From: Candidatus Zixiibacteriota bacterium
GTDB lineage: Bacteria > Zixibacteria > MSB-5A5 > RBG-16-43-9
Assembly (NCBI GenBank): GCA_022865345.1
Contig: JALHSU010000134.1
Location: 33,050-97,049, forward strand
Length of the DNA stretch: 64,000 nucleotides
Reading direction: 5' to 3'
Shown here one piece after another: positions 60,971-64,000 of this stretch; position 1 is the stretch's first letter, and every line of letters begins with the position of its first letter. A model generated the notes under the pieces. It had not been told where the DNA came from and did not search any database. It was given only the letters and a program-made list of their open reading frames with translations. The position numbers were made by a program, and so were the translations under genes.

Positions 60971-61870
60971 TCACTTAACGAACGACATCGCCCTTAACCT
61001 CTTAATCCTATCTTCAGTCGGCGGATGAGTATCGAAAAGGTTGTTCAATTTGCTCCGGTGGTCCAGTAACGGGTTAACGATATAAAGATGGGCAGTTGCT
61101 TTATTTGCCACCTCTAATGGTTCGGTATCTTTGGAGATTTTCTCCAGGGCAGAAGCCAGCCCTTCCGGATAACGGGTGAGCAAAGCGCCTGAGGAGTCTG
61201 CTAGATATTCCTTCTGCCTGGAAATGGCTAACTGAAGAAGTTTTGCGATAATCGGAGCTAAGATCACCAGGATTAAGGCTAAAAGTAGGATGATGGCATT
61301 TCCACCGCCTCTTCTACCTTCTCTTCTGCCTCTTCCGTAAAAAAAACTCCTTCCCATCCAGTCAGAAAGTAAGGCTACAGTCCCGACAAGGACGACAACC
61401 AGAGTTGAATAGCGGATGTCATAATTTTTGATATGCGACATCTCATGAGCAATGACCCCCTCCAGTTCCAGACGGTTCATCTTCTGCAAAAGACCAGTGG
61501 TCACCGCAATAGCTGAATTCTGCGGATTTCTGCCAGTGGCAAAAGCATTCGGAGCTGTATCGTCGATGATATAAGCTTTAGGAGCTGGAACCCCTGCCGC
61601 AATTGCTAATCCCTCGATGGTATTGTAAAGATACGGGTTTTCCTTAGGATCAACCGGCCTTGCCTGGCTTATACCCAGGACCATCTTATCTCCGTAGAAA
61701 AAGGTGACAAAGGAGATGATGATGGCAAGAGCCACAGCCAAGATAATTCCAGTCTCGCCCGCATTATAGGCCTCCCCAAAAACCCACCCTAAGAACACGA
61801 TAAAGGCGATGAAAAGAACAAGTAACAAAAAGCTTTTTCTTTTGTTCTCTGTTATTTGTTCATAAATCAT
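60971..61870 (-). CDS. htpX: zinc metalloprotease HtpX (M48)
   Basis: HEMSH zinc motif; TM helices; downstream glutamate. Confidence 0.85.
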   Translation of the reverse strand: MIYEQITENKRKSFLLLVLFIAFIVFLGWVFGEAYNAGETGIILAVALAIIISFVTFFYGDKMVLGISQARPVDPKENPYLYNTIEGLAIAAGVPAPKAYIIDDTAPNAFATGRNPQNSAIAVTTGLLQKMNRLELEGVIAHEMSHIKNYDIRYSTLVVVLVGTVALLSDWMGRSFFYGRGRREGRRGGGNAIILLLALILVILAPIIAKLLQLAISRQKEYLADSSGALLTRYPEGLASALEKISKDTEPLEVANKATAHLYIVNPLLDHRSKLNNLFDTHPPTEDRIKRLRAMSFVK

Positions 61871-61876
61871 ACTTCC

Positions 61877-62015
61877 TCGGTAGAACAGACATTCTTGTCT
61901 GTTCTCTCTTTAAGGTCAGAAGGAATGTCTGACCTTCCAGCAACAGACCTTCACTCGGTAGCACAGATATTCCTGTCTGTGCCTTCAATTCTTCGACTCT
62001 TATTGTCAGACATAT
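61877..62015. repeat. tandem REP-like hairpins (GGTAG-AACAGACA...TGTCTGTTC family) downstream of the hypothetical gene
   Basis: ggtagaacagacattcttgtctgttc; ggtcagaaggaatgtctgacc; ggtagcacagatattcctgtctgtgc. Confidence 0.7.
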
Positions 62016-62020
62016 TGGAT

Positions 62021-62797
62021 TTAAATCAGTTGGTGTTCTTTTAAGGCTTCAAGGAATTTTATTGTAGCTTTTTCCATCTCTTTTACATCTTCTCGCTCAA
62101 AGTAAATAAGCTCTTTCTCCAAGTTCAATCCGGCGATATCCTTGATGCCTTTTTCGACCCATGCAATGACATCTTTTCCTTTCCCCTGTGCAAAATTGAG
62201 CTCTTTGATTAACCATGTGGGGGTCGTATAACCTCCACTAGCTAATTTATCCCGTTTAACAAAAATGCTAATAAGAAGATCAGAACTACGGATTCTACTT
62301 TTCATTTTCACTTTTTGGGGTATACTATGCTTGGAATATCTCTCTCCTGTCTTAAACTTAATTTTCAGTGCATCCAGAATTCCAATGACATATTGATTAA
62401 CGCCTCTATCTGCGTTCTTAAAACTCATTGATACAAATGGGATTAAAGATTTCGTCTTAGCTTTCTTAACCTCATCTTTCCGAAAATTTTCAATTCTTTC
62501 TCTGTAGGCTTTTAATTGTGATATGCATACCTCTATATGACCCTGATATTGCGCTAATTGTTCTGAGTGACTGGGTTCTTCAACAATTGGAAGTGCAAAT
62601 GGTTTTGTCACATTTATTCTGAAATTCTTTGCTTCTTCTTTAGAAAATAGTTCAGAAAGAAGCATCTCGGTTCCACTATATGCTAAATCATAATTTTCAT
62701 TATAACTTTTCTCATAAGTAGCTTCTTTCAGAATATCCTCAAATTTTTTTATCTTCTTATCAATTAGTTCAATTGCCTTGGCTTTTGGGATTTTCAT
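62021..62797 (-). CDS. hypothetical protein: N-terminal helical region plus C-terminal domain with a TIR-like/DUF1863-like motif pattern
   Basis: Likely start is the internal Met (MKIPKAKA) preceded by an AAGAGG RBS; the longer ORF-track start (62869) would run through hairpin repeats. C-terminal pattern: LIPFVSMSFKNAD...SDLLISIF...TPTWLIKELNFAQGKGKDVIAWVEKG. Confidence 0.4.
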   Translation of the reverse strand: MKIPKAKAIELIDKKIKKFEDILKEATYEKSYNENYDLAYSGTEMLLSELFSKEEAKNFRINVTKPFALPIVEEPSHSEQLAQYQGHIEVCISQLKAYRERIENFRKDEVKKAKTKSLIPFVSMSFKNADRGVNQYVIGILDALKIKFKTGERYSKHSIPQKVKMKSRIRSSDLLISIFVKRDKLASGGYTTPTWLIKELNFAQGKGKDVIAWVEKGIKDIAGLNLEKELIYFEREDVKEMEKATIKFLEALKEHQLI

Positions 62798-62814
62798 GTA
62801 GAGCCTCTTAATTT

Positions 62815-62912
62815 CTGTATCTGACAGGAATGTCTGACATACCGGGTTTCTATCCGGTAGAACAGGCATTCCTGCCTGTTCAGGGGTCAGACAAGAATGT
62901 CTGACCTACCAT
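62815..62912. repeat. tandem REP-like hairpins (same family as 61877-62015) upstream of the hypothetical gene
   Basis: ccgggtttctatccgg; ggtagaacaggcattcctgcctgttc; ggtcagacaagaatgtctgacctacc. Confidence 0.7.
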
Positions 62913-62935
62913 TTATCACTGTGTTTTAGACCTTT

Positions 62936-63493
62936 TTAAAAACCTACCTTCGGTACTTCTCTTTTGGCTGCTCCCTCCACCTCGAAGTATTCTCTTGGTT
63001 TAAAGTTGAACATATTGGCGATGATGCTGGAGGGGAAGACCTGCTGGGCATTGTTGTAAGAGAGAATCGTATCGTTATAGAACTGCCTGGCATAAGCGAT
63101 CTTGCTTTCGATTCCGGCCAGCTCCTCTTGAAGCATCAGGAAATTCTGGTTGGCTTTTAGCTCCGGATAATTCTCTGCCACCGCGAATAAAGTCTTGAGT
63201 GCAGAAGTCAGCATATCGCTGGCTTCAGCTTTTTCCTTAACAGTACCTGCCTGTGCCCACTGAGTCCTGGCTTTGGCAACTGCCTCAAAAACTCCTCTCT
63301 CGTGAGTCGCATACCCTTTTACCGTTTCGACCAAATTCGGCACTAAATCCGCCCTTCTTTCCAACTGCACATCGATCTGGTGCCAGGCATTGTCCCCCCG
63401 GTTTCTCAAAACCACCAGCCGGTTGTAGATTCCGATTATTATCAGAATCGGCACCCCGATGACGATCAGCAAGAAAAACAAAGTGATTAACAT
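62936..63493 (-). CDS. lemA: LemA family protein
   Basis: N-terminal TM then the conserved LemA core (YNRLV...NAW..IDVQL.RR.DL.PNLV). Confidence 0.8.
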   Translation of the reverse strand: MLITLFFLLIVIGVPILIIIGIYNRLVVLRNRGDNAWHQIDVQLERRADLVPNLVETVKGYATHERGVFEAVAKARTQWAQAGTVKEKAEASDMLTSALKTLFAVAENYPELKANQNFLMLQEELAGIESKIAYARQFYNDTILSYNNAQQVFPSSIIANMFNFKPREYFEVEGAAKREVPKVGF

Positions 63494-63558
63494 CTTACCT
63501 CCTTGGTTTAAGTAGGTTGTAGGTAGTAGACAGCATATAGGGAACTACTCAACTCTGT

Positions 63559-63921
63559 CTATTGTATACTTCTAATCAGTCCGTGCAGCATTCTACCTAT
63601 TTCCTCAGTTGCGTTTATTAATTCCTGATTCTCTGGAACATAATTTAGATCCTTCGCTAAAATCAGATAATAGCGCAGTTCTTCAATTGATCCCTGAGCT
63701 ATGTTGTAGAAATTGGATTTATCTCTCAGGCTTCGCTTCTTGAAGCCTTCCGCCAGATTTGCCGGTACCGAAACCGCTGCCCTACGCATTTGTGAAACAA
63801 GCCCGAACTTCTCTTCCTTTGGAAAATCTCTGGTAAGCTTATAGATTCCCAAAACTAGTTTGTGAGCCTTTTTCCAAACCTCCAAATCCTCAAACCTCTC
63901 TGCCTTTCCCTGCTTATTCAT
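63559..63921 (-). CDS. four-helix-bundle protein of the 23S rRNA intervening-sequence protein family (TIGR02436-like)
   Basis: 120 aa; family-typical W..A..L...IY..T..FP..E...L..Q.RRAA.S...N.AEG. Confidence 0.7.
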   Translation of the reverse strand: MNKQGKAERFEDLEVWKKAHKLVLGIYKLTRDFPKEEKFGLVSQMRRAAVSVPANLAEGFKKRSLRDKSNFYNIAQGSIEELRYYLILAKDLNYVPENQELINATEEIGRMLHGLIRSIQ

Positions 63922-64000
63922 AATTCTATCTTTTCCCCATCTACTATATGCTATCTACTATCTTCTTTCTTTTCCCTGTCTACTATCTACTACCTACTAC

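Overview
A 64 kb chromosomal segment in which every gene I can support (about 50 CDS and 3 tRNAs) lies on the minus strand; I see no credible plus-strand gene. The window contains:
- Housekeeping blocks: hslU-hslV-xerC-topA, a yicC-gmk-rpoZ block, folC-accD-rimI-tsaB-tsaE, serS, tmk, rsmI, htpX, glgA and galT.
- A PorX/PorY-like two-component pair, plus an M28 peptidase carrying a type IX secretion (T9SS) C-terminal sorting domain. Together these suggest an FCB-group (Bacteroidota-related) organism with a T9SS.
- An ~18 kb Wzx/Wzy-type surface-polysaccharide locus at 22.8-40.8 kb. It is headed by an unusual fused phosphoglycosyl transferase (PGT) whose C-terminal domain looks catalytically degenerate.
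- A fused NDP-sugar pyrophosphorylase/phosphohexomutase gene.
- A three-gene inositol-phospholipid operon: myo-inositol-phosphate synthase (MIPS), a CDP-alcohol phosphatidyltransferase and a PAP2 membrane phosphatase.
- A large DNA methyltransferase with unusual motif order and a ~450 aa uncharacterised C-terminus.
- A possibly TIR-like hypothetical gene embedded between two hairpin clusters.
- A small four-helix-bundle gene flanked by inverted repeats.
The most pervasive non-genic signal is a dense family of REP-like palindromic elements that are bounded by GTAG...CTAC, the tetranucleotide recognised by RAYT transposases. They fill nearly every intergenic gap, and some are near-identical copies kilobases apart. 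No RAYT gene is visible in the window. I found no CRISPR array, rRNA or prophage block. All calls come from reading the sequence and the ORF translations. No database search was run, and family assignments rest on motifs recalled from memory.
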